Positions 1-10,120 of a stretch of 64,000 nucleotides of DNA are shown here, one piece after another (the first letter of the stretch is position 1; the number at the start of each line of letters is the position of its first letter). The notes beneath the pieces were generated by a model. It did no database searches. It saw only the letters and a list, made by a program, of their open reading frames with translations, and was not told the DNA's origin. A program made the translations under genes and the position numbers. The DNA lies in assembly GCA_017456005.1 (NCBI GenBank), contig JAFTLJ010000037.1, positions 7,808 to 71,807 on the forward strand, given 5' to 3'. The DNA comes from Clostridia bacterium. GTDB lineage: Bacteria > Bacillota > Clostridia > Oscillospirales > CAG-272.

Positions 1-1
1 A

Positions 2-1648
2 AACAACATCGTTGACATTACAAACTACGTAATGCTCGAATACGGCCAGCCTATGCACGCTTTCGACTACGTTTGCCTCGGCGGCAAGAAAATAGATATC
101 CGTACAGCGGGCGACAAGGAAATTTTCCGCACGCTCGACAGCGTTGATCACGAGCTTGAACCCGATATGCTCGTTATCGCAGACGAAACAAAACCTGTTG
201 CTCTCGCAGGTGTTATGGGCGGCGAAAACAGCGAAATTACGGAAAATACAAGCACGGTTGTGTTTGAATCTGCTATGTTCCACGGTTCTTCCGTTCGTAT
301 CACGGCAAAGAAGCTCGGTATGAGAACAGAAGCAAGCGCACGCTTTGAAAAGGGCCTTGATTGCGAAAACACGCTCCCCGCGCTCGAAAGAGCTTGCGAG
401 CTTGTAGAGCTTCTCGGCGCAGGCGAAGTTGTTCCCGGCATAATAGATGAATATCCCGTTAAAAAAGAAGTGGCTCGCGTACCCTTCGAGCCCGAAAAGA
501 TAAGCCGTTTCCTCGGCCTTAACATAAGCGCAGACGAAATGAAGAAATACCTCGAAAGACTTTTCTTCACGTTCGACGGCGACGAGATCATCGTTCCTTC
601 CTACCGCGATGACGTAAGATGCATGAACGATATCGCAGAAGAAGTTGTACGCCTCTACGGCTACAACAAAATCGAATCCGGCAATATGGTGTTCCCGATG
701 ACACAGGGCGGTCTTAACGAAAGCCAGAAGTTCAAATATGACCTCGGCAATCTCCTTCTAGGTGCGGGCTACACAGAAATCTGCACATATTCCTTTATGA
801 ACGCTTCCAACTACGATAAGATACGCCTTGCCAAGGACGATGCACGCAGAAAATCTGTTGAAATTGCCAACCCCTTCGGCGAAGACAGCAAAACTATGCG
901 TACAACAGCGCTCCCCACACTTTTCGAGGTTGTGGAAAACAGCTCTCGTTCCGGTGTTGAAAACGTTGCTATATATGAAATGGCAAAGGTGTTTATCCCC
1001 AGAGAAGGCGTTGTAACGAACGAACATGGCTTGGAAGGCACACTTCCCGAAGAAAAAATGAAGCTCGTTCTCGGTGCGTACGGCGCAGCAGATTTCTACA
1101 CGCTCAAGGGCGCTGTAGATAAGGTTATGCAGTTTGCAGGCATCGATGCTTCCTACGTTGCGTGCGAAACAGAGCCCACGTTCCACCCCGGCAGATGCGC
1201 AAACGTTGTCGCTGCCGACGGCACGATTCTTGGCACGTTCGGCGAGCTTCACCCCCTTACAATGAAGAACTATGAATTTATTTCCACGGTTTATGCCGCA
1301 GAGCTTGACCTCGATGCTATCTATGCGAACGCAAGCTTTGAAAAGGCATACAAGCCGCTTCCCAAATTCCCTGCATCCACGCGTGACTTCTCCTTTGTTT
1401 GCGACGATGCTCTCGAAGTTGGCACGATAGAAAAGGTTATGAAAGAAACAAACTCCAAGCTTATCGAAAGCGTAAAACTTTTCGATATTTACCGCGGCGC
1501 ACAGCTCGGTGAGGGCAAAAAGAGCGTTTCCTTCTCCGTTTCCTTCCGTTCCCCCGACCACACGCTCACTGTTGAAGAAACAGACAAAGCTGCGAAGAAG
1601 ATCCTCGGCGCGATAGAGCATAAACTCGGTATTACAATAAGACAGTAA
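2..1648 (+). CDS. pheT: phenylalanine--tRNA ligase beta subunit (5' end outside window)
   Basis: Frame of ORF 32..1648 stays open to the window edge. PheT hallmarks YGQPMHAFD, VMGGENSE and C-terminal FDIYRG..LGEGKKSVSFSVSF. Confidence 0.93.
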   Translation, partial: NNIVDITNYVMLEYGQPMHAFDYVCLGGKKIDIRTAGDKEIFRTLDSVDHELEPDMLVIADETKPVALAGVMGGENSEITENTSTVVFESAMFHGSSVRITAKKLGMRTEASARFEKGLDCENTLPALERACELVELLGAGEVVPGIIDEYPVKKEVARVPFEPEKISRFLGLNISADEMKKYLERLFFTFDGDEIIVPSYRDDVRCMNDIAEEVVRLYGYNKIESGNMVFPMTQGGLNESQKFKYDLGNLLLGAGYTEICTYSFMNASNYDKIRLAKDDARRKSVEIANPFGEDSKTMRTTALPTLFEVVENSSRSGVENVAIYEMAKVFIPREGVVTNEHGLEGTLPEEKMKLVLGAYGAADFYTLKGAVDKVMQFAGIDASYVACETEPTFHPGRCANVVAADGTILGTFGELHPLTMKNYEFISTVYAAELDLDAIYANASFEKAYKPLPKFPASTRDFSFVCDDALEVGTIEKVMKETNSKLIESVKLFDIYRGAQLGEGKKSVSFSVSFRSPDHTLTVEETDKAAKKILGAIEHKLGITIRQ

Positions 1649-1654
1649 ATATAA

Positions 1655-1697
1655 AATACCAATGGCAGGCTGAAAAGTCTGCCATTGGTATTTTATA
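1655..1697 (+). terminator. rho-independent terminator after pheT
   Basis: Perfect 12-bp stem TACCAATGGCAG (1657-1668) / CTGCCATTGGTA (1679-1690) followed by a T-run. Confidence 0.8.
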
Positions 1698-1787
1698 TAA
1701 AAAATCGGCGATGTAAAAGTGAATTTTGTACAAAGATACAAAAAATAGCATTTTATTGAAAATGTTTAAAAAAATGTGAAAAATTTA

Positions 1788-1816
1788 TTGATTTTTCACG
1801 AGTTATAGTATATAAT
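1788..1816 (+). promoter_or_regulatory. sigma-A type promoter
   Basis: TTGATT (1788-1793), 17-nt spacer, TATAAT (1811-1816), upstream of the 1872 start. Confidence 0.55.
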
Positions 1817-1871
1817 ATTACAAGTAAGGGCAATACGCCCAATAAAAATTATTTTTTGGAGGCTTTCTGAA

Positions 1872-2096
1872 ATGAAAGATTTGATCAGAGTTTTCGACAA
1901 TTTCCCTTGGATCGTTAAAATCCTTCTCGCTATTTTCCTTGACGTTGTAATTCACATCTACCGTGTAGTTAAAGCTGTTGACGCAAAGAATACAACTGCT
2001 ATCGTAGTTAGCATTATTCTTTTCTTCGTTCCTTTTATGGGTCTCATCGACCTTATCTACATTCTCGTTAAGAGAAAATACTGGTCCATGGCGTAA
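1872..2096 (+). CDS. small hydrophobic membrane protein, unknown function (74 aa)
   Basis: GGAGG 8 nt upstream of the ATG. Two predicted TM stretches. Own promoter and terminator. Confidence 0.65.
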   Translation: MKDLIRVFDNFPWIVKILLAIFLDVVIHIYRVVKAVDAKNTTAIVVSIILFFVPFMGLIDLIYILVKRKYWSMA

Positions 2097-2112
2097 GTAT
2101 TTAATACATAAG

Positions 2113-2145
2113 AAAAACTCACCGCAAGGTGAGTTTTTTCTTTTA
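2113..2145 (+). terminator. rho-independent terminator
   Basis: AAAAACTCACC-GCAA-GGTGAGTTTTT hairpin followed by a T-run. Confidence 0.8.
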
Positions 2146-2180
2146 AATGTGAAAACTACAAGCGGAATTTTGTATCAATA

Positions 2181-2216
2181 AAAAAATCACTCCGATTTTC
2201 TCGGAGTGATTTTTAT
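2181..2216 (-). terminator. rho-independent terminator after rny
   Basis: AAAAATCACTCCGA / TCGGAGTGATTTTT hairpin immediately downstream of the rny stop; flanked by A/T runs, so it may act in both directions. Confidence 0.75.
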
Positions 2217-2225
2217 TTAACGTGA

Positions 2226-3782
2226 TTATTTTGCGTAATCTACAGCGCGGCTTTCGCGGATAACGTTTACTTTGATCTGGCCGGGGTATTCAAGCTCTGC
2301 TTCGATCTTCTTAACTATCTCGCGGGCAACAACGATCATCTGGTCGTCGTTTACGTGCTCCGGTTTAACCATTATGCGTATTTCTCTGCCTGCCTGTATA
2401 GCGTAGGACTTATCAACACCGGGGAAGCTGTTGGAAATTTCTTCGAGCTTCTGAAGGCGCTTGATGTAGTTGTCGAGGTCCTCTCTTCTTGCGCCGGGGC
2501 GTGCCGCAGAAATAGCGTCTGCCGCTGCAACGAGAACCGCTGTAACAGAGCGTGCTTCCACGTCGCCGTGGTGCGCCTCTATTGCGTGTATTACCTCTTT
2601 ATGTTCTTTGAATTTACGCGCTATCTCTACGCCGAGCTGAACGTGGGAGCCTTCAACCTCCTGCGTGAGCGATTTGCCTATATCGTGGAGCAAGCCTGCG
2701 CGCTTTGCAAGCGTGCCGTCGAGCCCGAGCTCGTTTGCGAGCATACCTGCGATGTAAGCAACCTCCATAGAGTGAACGAGCACGTTCTGACCATAGCTTG
2801 TACGGTATTTGAGCCTGCCGAGGAACTTTACAAGCTCGGGGTTGAGCCCGTTTACGCCTGTTTCCATAGCGGCTTCTTCGCCCGCGCGTTTAATGGAAAG
2901 CTCTACTTCCTTGCGCGCTTTTTCTACTGTTTCTTCGATGCGTGTGGGGTGTATACGTCCGTCGGAAATGAGCTTTTCGAGCGTGAGTCTTGCTATTTCG
3001 CGGCGAATGGGGTCGAAGCACGAAAGCGTTATAGCTTCGGGTGTGTCGTCTATTATAAGGTCAACACCTGTGAGTGTTTCGATCTTGTGAATGTTACGTC
3101 CTTCTCTGCCTATGATCCTGCCCTTCATTTCATCGGAGGGGAGGGGAACTACGGAAACAGTTGTTTCGGAAACCTGGTCGGATGCAAGCCTTTGTATAGC
3201 CAGAGAGATAATATTGCGCGCTTTTTCTTCAGCGGCGTCGTGAAGATCGCTTTCGATCTGCATAAGCTTGGCAGCGGCTTCGTGTTTTGCTTCGTCCTCT
3301 ATCTGGGTAACGAGCTCTGCTTTTGCGGTTTCGGCTGTATAGCCTGAAATTTCTTCGAGGCGGGCCTGTGCGTCTGCTTTTTTCTGCAAGAGCTCTTCTT
3401 TAAGAGAATCGTTGTCTTTGATCTTCTGTGCAAGCTGCTCTTCGCGTCTTTCGTAATTTTCGAGCTTTCTGTCGAGAGTTTCCTCTTTGGCGATAGCTCT
3501 GTTTTCAAGTCTTATAACTTCCTGTCTGCGTTCTTTGTTTTCGCGTTCAGCCTCTGTTTTTGCTTTGAGTATTTCCTCTTTCGCTTCAACGAGCATTTCT
3601 TTGCTCTTGGCTTCTGCGGAAACTACTGCTTCATCCATGATTTTCTTTGCGTGTTCTTCCGCAGAGGAAATCGTGGCTTCTGCGCTCTTTTTGCGCGCTA
3701 CATAGCCTATAAGCACACCGAGTGCGAGCATAACAACGCCCACTATAACAGGAATTACAATGTCGGGTGGGTTAATTGGCAA
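2226..3782 (-). CDS. rny: ribonuclease Y
   Basis: N-terminal TM, coiled-coil, KH ([11 protein letters not shown]) and HD (LLHDIGK) motifs. I chose the TTG at 3782 because AAAGGAGGTG lies 8 nt upstream. The ATG at 3806 and the ORF-track start at 3857 have no SD. Confidence 0.93.
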   Translation of the reverse strand: MPINPPDIVIPVIVGVVMLALGVLIGYVARKKSAEATISSAEEHAKKIMDEAVVSAEAKSKEMLVEAKEEILKAKTEAERENKERRQEVIRLENRAIAKEETLDRKLENYERREEQLAQKIKDNDSLKEELLQKKADAQARLEEISGYTAETAKAELVTQIEDEAKHEAAAKLMQIESDLHDAAEEKARNIISLAIQRLASDQVSETTVSVVPLPSDEMKGRIIGREGRNIHKIETLTGVDLIIDDTPEAITLSCFDPIRREIARLTLEKLISDGRIHPTRIEETVEKARKEVELSIKRAGEEAAMETGVNGLNPELVKFLGRLKYRTSYGQNVLVHSMEVAYIAGMLANELGLDGTLAKRAGLLHDIGKSLTQEVEGSHVQLGVEIARKFKEHKEVIHAIEAHHGDVEARSVTAVLVAAADAISAARPGARREDLDNYIKRLQKLEEISNSFPGVDKSYAIQAGREIRIMVKPEHVNDDQMIVVAREIVKKIEAELEYPGQIKVNVIRESRAVDYAK

Positions 3783-4061
3783 AGTTATGACACCTCCTTT
3801 TACCATAATCAAATAGAATCTTTTACTTTTTATAAAAATATAAGAAAATTCAACCAAAATATTCCTATACCTTTTATATTATAAATTATATTGCTCCATA
3901 AGTCAATAAGCGAGAAAAAAATAAAACGCTCCAAAAACAAAAAAATTGACATATCACAATCTTTTTTTGTGTTTTTATTGCCGAAACGGAATTTTTGTGC
4001 ATTTAAAAACAAAAAAGTTCCTCTGCCGAAGCAGAAGAACTTTTGGTGTTGTATACGTTAT

Positions 4062-5513
4062 TTACATTGTTACAAACGCAAATTTAGCAACGAAGATAAG
4101 CGCGATAATTGCGGCAACGATATCTTTCTTTGTGAATTTGCCTGTGAAGATGGAAATAAGAACGTAGGAGATGCAGCCGATACCGATACCGTTGGAGATA
4201 GAGTATGTGAGGGGCATCATAATGAGTGTGAGGAACGCGGGAACAGCGCTTCTCATATCGTTCATATCAACTTTTGCAAAGTTTTTAAGCATAAGCACGC
4301 CTACGAAGATGAGCGCGGGCGCTGTTGCGCAAGAGGGAACGATGTTTGCAAGAGGTGTGAGGAAGAGGCAAGCGAGGAAGCAAAGGGATGTTACAAGGCT
4401 TGCAAAGCCTGTTCTTGCGCCTGCCGCTACACCGGAAGCGCACTCTACGAAAGTTGTGCAAGTGGAAGTACCGAGAACCGCACCTGTGAGCGTGCCTACA
4501 GAGTCGCAAGCCATAGCTTTATCCATATCGATAGGGTCGCCGTTTTCATCGAGCATACCTGCCTCTGTCGCCGCGCCGTAGAGCGTGCCTACGGTATCGA
4601 ACATATCGACGATGCAGAAGGAGATTATGAGAACTATTGCAGAGAACACGCCGCCTATGTGTTTACCGGAGAAAGCAAGGTTCCATGCTTCTGCATTGAA
4701 AAGACCTGTTATACCGATCTCGCCGAAATCCTTGAATGCCTGACCGATGGAAGAAAGGTCGAATGCGGGAATCTGCCACGTTGCAACGTAGTAGAGAACG
4801 GCGGAAGAAAGCACGCCGATAAGAACGGAGCCCTTTACGTTGAGCTTTGTAAGAACTGCTATAATGATAAAGCCGAGCAAAGCAACGATAGCGGGGGCGA
4901 TAGTGCGCCAAGCTTCGAGCGTTACGCCCTCTTTGAAAGCGCCGCTTATGTCTACAAACTGAACGAACGTGTACTGGTTGCCTGTGATGATACCTGCGTT
5001 TTTAAAGCCGATGAATGCGATGAAAAGACCGATACCTGCGGAAATGGATTTTTTAATGCATTCGGGCATCGCTTTTGCTATGTATTCTCTGGCGCCTGTA
5101 ATAGAGAGCACAAGGAATACTATACCGGAAATAAAGATTATTACCATACCGGAATGGTAGCCGCCGATAAGGTCTACGCCTGCGAAATATGCACCGGAAA
5201 TGAAGCAAGTGCAGAAGAAGGAGTTAAGACCCATACCGCAAGCCTGCGCATAGGGAAGCTTTGCATAGAAAGCGTAGAGCATAGTACCGACGAAGGCAAC
5301 GAGAACGGAAGCTATGAAAACAGAGTTCCATATCTTGCCGAGCGCCGCGCTGTCGGCACCTGCACCTGCGAGCCAGCCGTTTGCGCCGTCTGCCGCTATC
5401 TGTGCGGGGTTAACGAATATGATATACGCCATTGCAAAGAATGTCGTAAGACCGCCGACGATCTCTTTTCTGTAGTTAGATCCTCGTTCGGTGATTTTGA
5501 AAAACTTGTCCAT
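4062..5513 (-). CDS. NCS2/AzgA-family nucleobase (adenine/guanine/hypoxanthine) permease
   Basis: MDKFFKITERGSNYRKEIVGGLTTFFAMAYIIFVNP is the typical N-terminus of PbuG/PbuO/AdeP-like permeases. About 12 TM segments. GGAGG SD. Confidence 0.9.
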   Translation of the reverse strand: MDKFFKITERGSNYRKEIVGGLTTFFAMAYIIFVNPAQIAADGANGWLAGAGADSAALGKIWNSVFIASVLVAFVGTMLYAFYAKLPYAQACGMGLNSFFCTCFISGAYFAGVDLIGGYHSGMVIIFISGIVFLVLSITGAREYIAKAMPECIKKSISAGIGLFIAFIGFKNAGIITGNQYTFVQFVDISGAFKEGVTLEAWRTIAPAIVALLGFIIIAVLTKLNVKGSVLIGVLSSAVLYYVATWQIPAFDLSSIGQAFKDFGEIGITGLFNAEAWNLAFSGKHIGGVFSAIVLIISFCIVDMFDTVGTLYGAATEAGMLDENGDPIDMDKAMACDSVGTLTGAVLGTSTCTTFVECASGVAAGARTGFASLVTSLCFLACLFLTPLANIVPSCATAPALIFVGVLMLKNFAKVDMNDMRSAVPAFLTLIMMPLTYSISNGIGIGCISYVLISIFTGKFTKKDIVAAIIALIFVAKFAFVTM

Positions 5514-5662
5514 TGTTTTTCCTCCGAAAAATTATTTTGTGGAAATATTATATATTATATATAATAAAAAATCAATATTTTGTTAAAGAAAATTTTACAT
5601 TTTGCGCCGTACTTCGGCAAAAATTATATTGTGGGGGTGTTTGCCGTATTTCCACTATGTTC

Positions 5663-5691
5663 TTGACATATCATACGTTTTGATTTAAAAT
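5663..5691 (+). promoter_or_regulatory. sigma-A type promoter for the PRTase gene
   Basis: TTGACA (5663-5668), 17 nt, TAAAAT (5686-5691). Confidence 0.5.
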
Positions 5692-5726
5692 TATAATATA
5701 AATCAAATTTTTGGAGGCATCTTTGA

Positions 5727-6284
5727 ATGAAAAAGACATATACACTTAAGGTGGCAGGGCTCGAAAGGGAGCTTACGCTTTGCTCGCTCAACAGCGAAAT
5801 TTCCATAGCCGGTTTCATTATATTCGGCGATGTGGAGCTTACTTGCGCTTGCGCACGAGAGCTCTTGAAAAAAGCGCCCGAGCACGACATAATGATAACA
5901 TCCGAAAGCAAGGGCATACCGCTTATATTCGAGATGGCGCGCCAATCGGGGGCGAACAATTATATCGTGGCAAGAAAAATGCAGAAGCTTTATATGAGCG
6001 ATACGTTTGCCTGCGAAGTAAATTCCATAACTACGGCTAAAAAACAGACCCTTTACCTCGATGGCAAGGATGCAGAGCTTATGCGCGGCAAGCGTGTGCT
6101 TATTGTGGACGACGTTATAAGCACGGGCGATTCCTTGCGCGCGATAGAAGAGCTCGTAGAGCACGCGGGCGGCAATATTGTGGGCAAAATGGCGATACTC
6201 GCAGAGGGCGACGCACAGTACAGAGATGATATAAAATATTTGGAGGTTCTGCCGCTTTTCCACGCAGACGGAACAGAACTTTAA
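5727..6284 (+). CDS. purine-salvage type phosphoribosyltransferase (Xpt/Apt-like)
   Basis: PRPP-binding loop VLIVDDVISTGDS. Xpt-like layout (ESKGIP...ARK). Divergent from the nucleobase permease. GGAGG SD. Confidence 0.8.
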   Translation: MKKTYTLKVAGLERELTLCSLNSEISIAGFIIFGDVELTCACARELLKKAPEHDIMITSESKGIPLIFEMARQSGANNYIVARKMQKLYMSDTFACEVNSITTAKKQTLYLDGKDAELMRGKRVLIVDDVISTGDSLRAIEELVEHAGGNIVGKMAILAEGDAQYRDDIKYLEVLPLFHADGTEL

Positions 6285-6295
6285 AACACATAAAT

Positions 6296-6332
6296 AAAAC
6301 CGCACAAAAATATAATTTGTGCGGTTTTATTT
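6296..6332 (+). terminator. rho-independent terminator
   Basis: AAAACCGCACAAA / TTTGTGCGGTTTT hairpin followed by a T-run. Confidence 0.8.
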
Positions 6333-6438
6333 GACAAACACCAAAACTGTGTCGAAAATAGCAGAAAATCTTGACTTATTGGCGTTTTTATTTTAAAATT
6401 ATATTGTATAGCATATAATTAGCTTGGGAGTTAAGCTT

Positions 6439-6981
6439 ATGGAAATAAAAAATAAGACTTTTATAGACAAAAAGACCTTTGTGGAATTTCAAAGGTTTCA
6501 TGCGCGCACTTTTAAAAAATCCGCTTTGGCAAATATAATTTATCATATTATTATCTCAATACTGATATTATGGTTGGCGCTTATTTCTTTTATTATAATT
6601 GCTTCGGGTAACGGTACTGCCGTTTTGTATTTAGGTTGGATTTTAGTTATTATAGGAATTACTTTCAAGGCTTTAAATTATTTTCTGCCCCCCGTGCTCT
6701 ATAAATCCTCAAACCTTTATAATATGACCACTGTATACACTTTTACTGAAGAAGAACTTACAGACGAATCGAGCAACGAAACAACACAGTCCAAAACGAC
6801 ATATAAAAACAAATCACTCTATAAAGTTTGCGAAAGAAACAGCTTTTTCTACATATACATTGCTGCCGGTATGGCGCTCATAGTTTCCAAATACGGCTTT
6901 GCTTCCGATGAAGATTTGAACGCCGCACGTGAAATTCTCAAAAAATCCGTTCCCAAAAATAAATATATAGTTACAAAATAA
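6439..6981 (+). CDS. membrane protein, possibly YcxB-like
   Basis: ATG at 6439 is preceded by GGGAG. Two central TM helices flanked by soluble regions. Visibly AT-rich. The family call is tentative. Confidence 0.6.
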   Translation: MEIKNKTFIDKKTFVEFQRFHARTFKKSALANIIYHIIISILILWLALISFIIIASGNGTAVLYLGWILVIIGITFKALNYFLPPVLYKSSNLYNMTTVYTFTEEELTDESSNETTQSKTTYKNKSLYKVCERNSFFYIYIAAGMALIVSKYGFASDEDLNAAREILKKSVPKNKYIVTK

Positions 6982-6998
6982 ATTTACGAGGTGATATT

Positions 6999-8393
6999 AT
7001 GAATATAAAATGCCGTCAGTTTATAGAAAATCATTTTTCCGAAATGGTGCGCGACCTTGCCGCGCTCGTAGCTATTCCCAGCGTTAAGGGTGAGCCCGAG
7101 GAAGGCAAGCCTTTCGGCGAAGGCCCTGCCGCCGCGCTCGACGCTATGCTCGCGCTTGCCGAAAAATACGGTTTTCAGACAAAAAATCACGAGGGCTACG
7201 TTGGCACGATAGACCTTGACCCTACGTTGCCCACCACACTCGGTATACTCTGCCACCTCGACGTTGTGCCCGCAGGCAAAAGCGGCTGGAAATCGCTGCC
7301 GTACTCGCTTTTTATAAGCGGCGGCAAAATGTACGGCAGGGGCGTTATAGACAATAAAGGCCCTGCCATCGCCGTGCTTTACGCTATGCGCGCCATAAAA
7401 GAAACAGGATATCCCATAACGCAGAACGTGCGCCTTATTGTTGGCACGGACGAAGAAAGCGGCTCTTCCGATATAGCGTATTATAAAAAGAAAGAGGTTC
7501 TGCCGAAAAGAGTTTTCACCCCTGATGCGGAATATCCGCTTATTAACATAGAAAAAGGCAGAATACGCGGCGAGTTTTCCACATATTCCGGCTTTGCTGT
7601 GGGAAACCGCAGTATTCTCAGCGCATTCGGCGGCACAGTTTTCAATGCCGTGCCCGAAAGCGCGTATGCCGTTGTTTGCGGCTTCCCTGAAGACGAGCTT
7701 CGCACGGCGGCGCGTGCCTTCCCCAAGCTCGGCTTTGAGTTTACGAAAACAGAAGACGGCTACACAAAGGTTACGGCAAAAGGTGTTTCTGCGCACGCTT
7801 CCCAGCCCGAAAGGGGTGTAAACGCAGTAACGGGACTTTGCGCTTACCTCGGCTCGCTTACCACAGACGACGAAACCGCGCGCTCCTTTGCTCGTGTTTC
7901 CTCTGCTTTCCCCTTTGGCGATAACCTCGGGGAAGGGCTCGGCGTTGCGGAAAGCGACTAAGAAAGCGGCGCTCTCACGGCTGTGTTCAGCATTTTGGAA
8001 TACAAAGACGGTGTTATAAACGGCAAATTCGATTGCCGCTTCCCCGTTTCCGATACGGTTGCGGGTTTGAGCGAAAAATATTCCGCTTGCTTTGCGAAAT
8101 ACGGCATTCGCATAACGGGTATGCAGGGCGTAGAGGGGCATAAGGTAGACGCGGAATCCGATTTTGTAAAAACACTTCTCGGCATATACGCGAAAACGGC
8201 TTCCGGCATAGCAAAACCCATCGCTATAGGCGGCGGCACGTACGTTCACGAAATAGAGGGCGGTGTTGCCTTCGGCGCGGAATTCCCCGGCGAGGTGAAC
8301 AATATGCATGGTGCAAACGAATGCTTTTCTATGGCAAGCTTCAGAAAGAACACGTGCATTTTTACGGAAGCAATAGAGGAGCTTTGCAAGTAA
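6999..8393 (+). pseudogene. pepV: dipeptidase PepV (M20 family) interrupted by one in-frame TAA at 7959-7961
   Basis: ORFs 6999..7961 and 7983..8393 share a frame (both coordinates divisible by 3). Reading through gives ...GVAESD*ESGALTAVFSILEY... Motifs include LCHLDVVPAG, GRGVIDNKGP, GTDEESG and a C-terminal GGGTY. Confidence 0.8.
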
Positions 8394-8410
8394 GTTAATA
8401 TTTAAAGATG

Positions 8411-8440
8411 AAAAACACAGAGCAATCTGTGTTTTTTTTG
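8411..8440 (+). terminator. rho-independent terminator after pepV
   Basis: AACACAGA-GCAA-TCTGTGTT hairpin followed by T8. Confidence 0.8.
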
Positions 8441-8639
8441 CGCGATTTTTCAGAAAAAATAAAAAAAATAAAAAAATTTTTGAATTTTTGTCACACTTGC
8501 TATGTTTTTTCCGTATATATAGGTGAAGGGGAAAAACAAGAAACCAATTGAAGCAAATTGTAAACTTTTTAAATTCGATTATTATTTTGTTGCAATTTTT
8601 GCAATAAAGTGATAAAATAAATTAAAGGAGGACATCGTA

Positions 8640-8813
8640 ATGAAAAGGATGTTCAAATCAACCATAAGTTTATTGCTCATAGCGGCGTTTCTGCTGACAC
8701 CGCTTGTGGGCACCACAGCTTCCGCAAGTGATGAGTTTGATATGCTTAAATACTATGAATATTGGTGTGATGAATGCTTAACTAAAATAAAAAATAATGC
8801 AAATAAATATTGA
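8640..8813 (+). CDS. small secreted peptide precursor (57 aa; predicted 28-aa mature CxxC peptide)
   Basis: Below the ORF-track size cut-off. AAAGGAGG lies 7 nt upstream of the ATG at 8640. Translation is MKRMFKSTISLLLIAAFLLTPLVGTTASA|SDEFDMLKYYEYWCDECLTKIKNNANKY, with TGA at 8811-8813. Confidence 0.6.
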   Translation: MKRMFKSTISLLLIAAFLLTPLVGTTASASDEFDMLKYYEYWCDECLTKIKNNANKY

Positions 8814-8831
8814 TTAAATAAGGAGAAAAAT

Positions 8832-9482
8832 ATGAAAAAATCAATTTTAGCAATAATGCTTCTTGTATCGCTTTTACTTTGTTCCTGCGGAAATACGGGA
8901 AATGTTCAAACAACTGCTTCCACAACACAAACTTATCCCGATCCCGCAGATATCGATTATTCTACTGATTTACATTTTAAAGATTTTTCTGAAATGTGTG
9001 CGGATGAGAGCTTAAAAGAATTTTCGGAAGGACAAAAAATCTCCTTGTTCAATTATATAGACGGAGATATGATAACACCCAAGGGCTTTAAATCTGCAGG
9101 GAGTCTTAATTTTTCAATATTTAATGATCTGGTAAACGGCGAAGATTTGGTGGCGACGGGCGAGCATTATATAGAGCTTTATTTTCATGAAGAATCCTGT
9201 AATTGCTATAATGTTTTGTGCCAGCCCACAGGTTTAAGATATAATATCTGGTATGAGCCGGATGGACTTGAAACAGATCTTAAGGATGATGAAAAGATTT
9301 CTGAAAATCATTATGCATACAAAGTTGCCATGGGGTACATTACTCATATTTTTATGGTAAATGAACGGTGCAGAATAATGTTTTCTCTGCCAGAAGCGCT
9401 TGAAAACTATGATGCTGTGCTCGAAGACGTGGAAGCATATGCGGATTACTTGCGTGTTTCTATTGCAGAGGATGAAAAATAA
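8832..9482 (+). CDS. lipoprotein, unknown function
   Basis: AAGGAG SD. Signal peptide with lipobox LLLCSC|G. AT-rich. Confidence 0.75.
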   Translation: MKKSILAIMLLVSLLLCSCGNTGNVQTTASTTQTYPDPADIDYSTDLHFKDFSEMCADESLKEFSEGQKISLFNYIDGDMITPKGFKSAGSLNFSIFNDLVNGEDLVATGEHYIELYFHEESCNCYNVLCQPTGLRYNIWYEPDGLETDLKDDEKISENHYAYKVAMGYITHIFMVNERCRIMFSLPEALENYDAVLEDVEAYADYLRVSIAEDEK

Positions 9483-9510
9483 AAATTGTACATTACAAAA
9501 AAATCAGAAT

Positions 9511-10113
9511 ATGTTAGGAAATTTTTTTATAAAAAACAAAATTATATCTTTAGCTTGCATACTTTGTATGCTTGTGAGTTTGATTTCGTCGTGCGGTAAC
9601 GTGAATACCGGTGATATTGTTACCACTACTTCTCCTTCATATGAAGTTACGCCTATTTTCCCGAAATTTCACAATATAAATGATTTTGCGGAGGCTGTAC
9701 AGAACAAAGACAGCGAAGTTTCTAAATATATCAATATAGAGAATATGAACGATATAATTTATCCCGAAATAAAAATAGAGGGCTATTCTCTTGTTGAAAT
9801 AATTGTAAATTACAATATATACAGTTATTATTTTTATCCGGAAGAGCTTATAGAAGATTTTTATATTATCGATGACAAATATGATTGTGTTATAAATGTT
9901 TTCCAAAACAGCAATGGTAATTTAGATGAATTTCTTTCTCAAAACTATAAATATGTAATACTTGAAGACGGAACAAGGTACTGCGAGGCAGACAGAGAGT
10001 TTTATTTTTCCTATAATAACAAAATATGTTGTCTTACGTATCCCGAAACATACACAGGTGAAGTAGATATCGAAAGTTTTATTGAAATGAAGAATATGCT
10101 TATTGAGGAATAA
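9511..10113 (+). CDS. lipoprotein, unknown function
   Basis: Start chosen at the ATG at 9511, giving MLGNFFIKNKIISLACILCMLVSLISSC|GN (lipobox). The ORF-track start at 9400 overlaps the upstream gene; 9472 is an alternative. No clear SD. Confidence 0.65.
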   Translation: MLGNFFIKNKIISLACILCMLVSLISSCGNVNTGDIVTTTSPSYEVTPIFPKFHNINDFAEAVQNKDSEVSKYINIENMNDIIYPEIKIEGYSLVEIIVNYNIYSYYFYPEELIEDFYIIDDKYDCVINVFQNSNGNLDEFLSQNYKYVILEDGTRYCEADREFYFSYNNKICCLTYPETYTGEVDIESFIEMKNMLIEE

Positions 10114-10120
10114 AAATATG

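Noticed and set aside
3891-5564. 557-aa ORF antisense to the nucleobase permease. Similar very long antisense ORFs are at 758..1741, 2355..3347, 6984..8309, 11103..12332, 12599..14266, 20558..21646, 38663..40240, 49762..51849, 54145..55470, 56454..58109 and 60135..61772.
   Set aside because: Each lies fully opposite a gene with clear family motifs. Their translations are Cys/Arg/Phe/Val-rich, low-complexity and lack SDs. They are the expected stop-poor antisense frames of codon-biased genes.
5514-5726. Looked for a purine riboswitch upstream of the NCS2 permease (minus strand) or the PRTase (plus strand).
   Set aside because: The leaders are short and AT-rich. No P1/J1-2/L2-L3 purine-aptamer motifs (such as UAUAAU...GGAUAUGG...CCGUAAAU...GACUA) are visible. 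Only promoters were found. A cmscan with RF00167 would settle the question.
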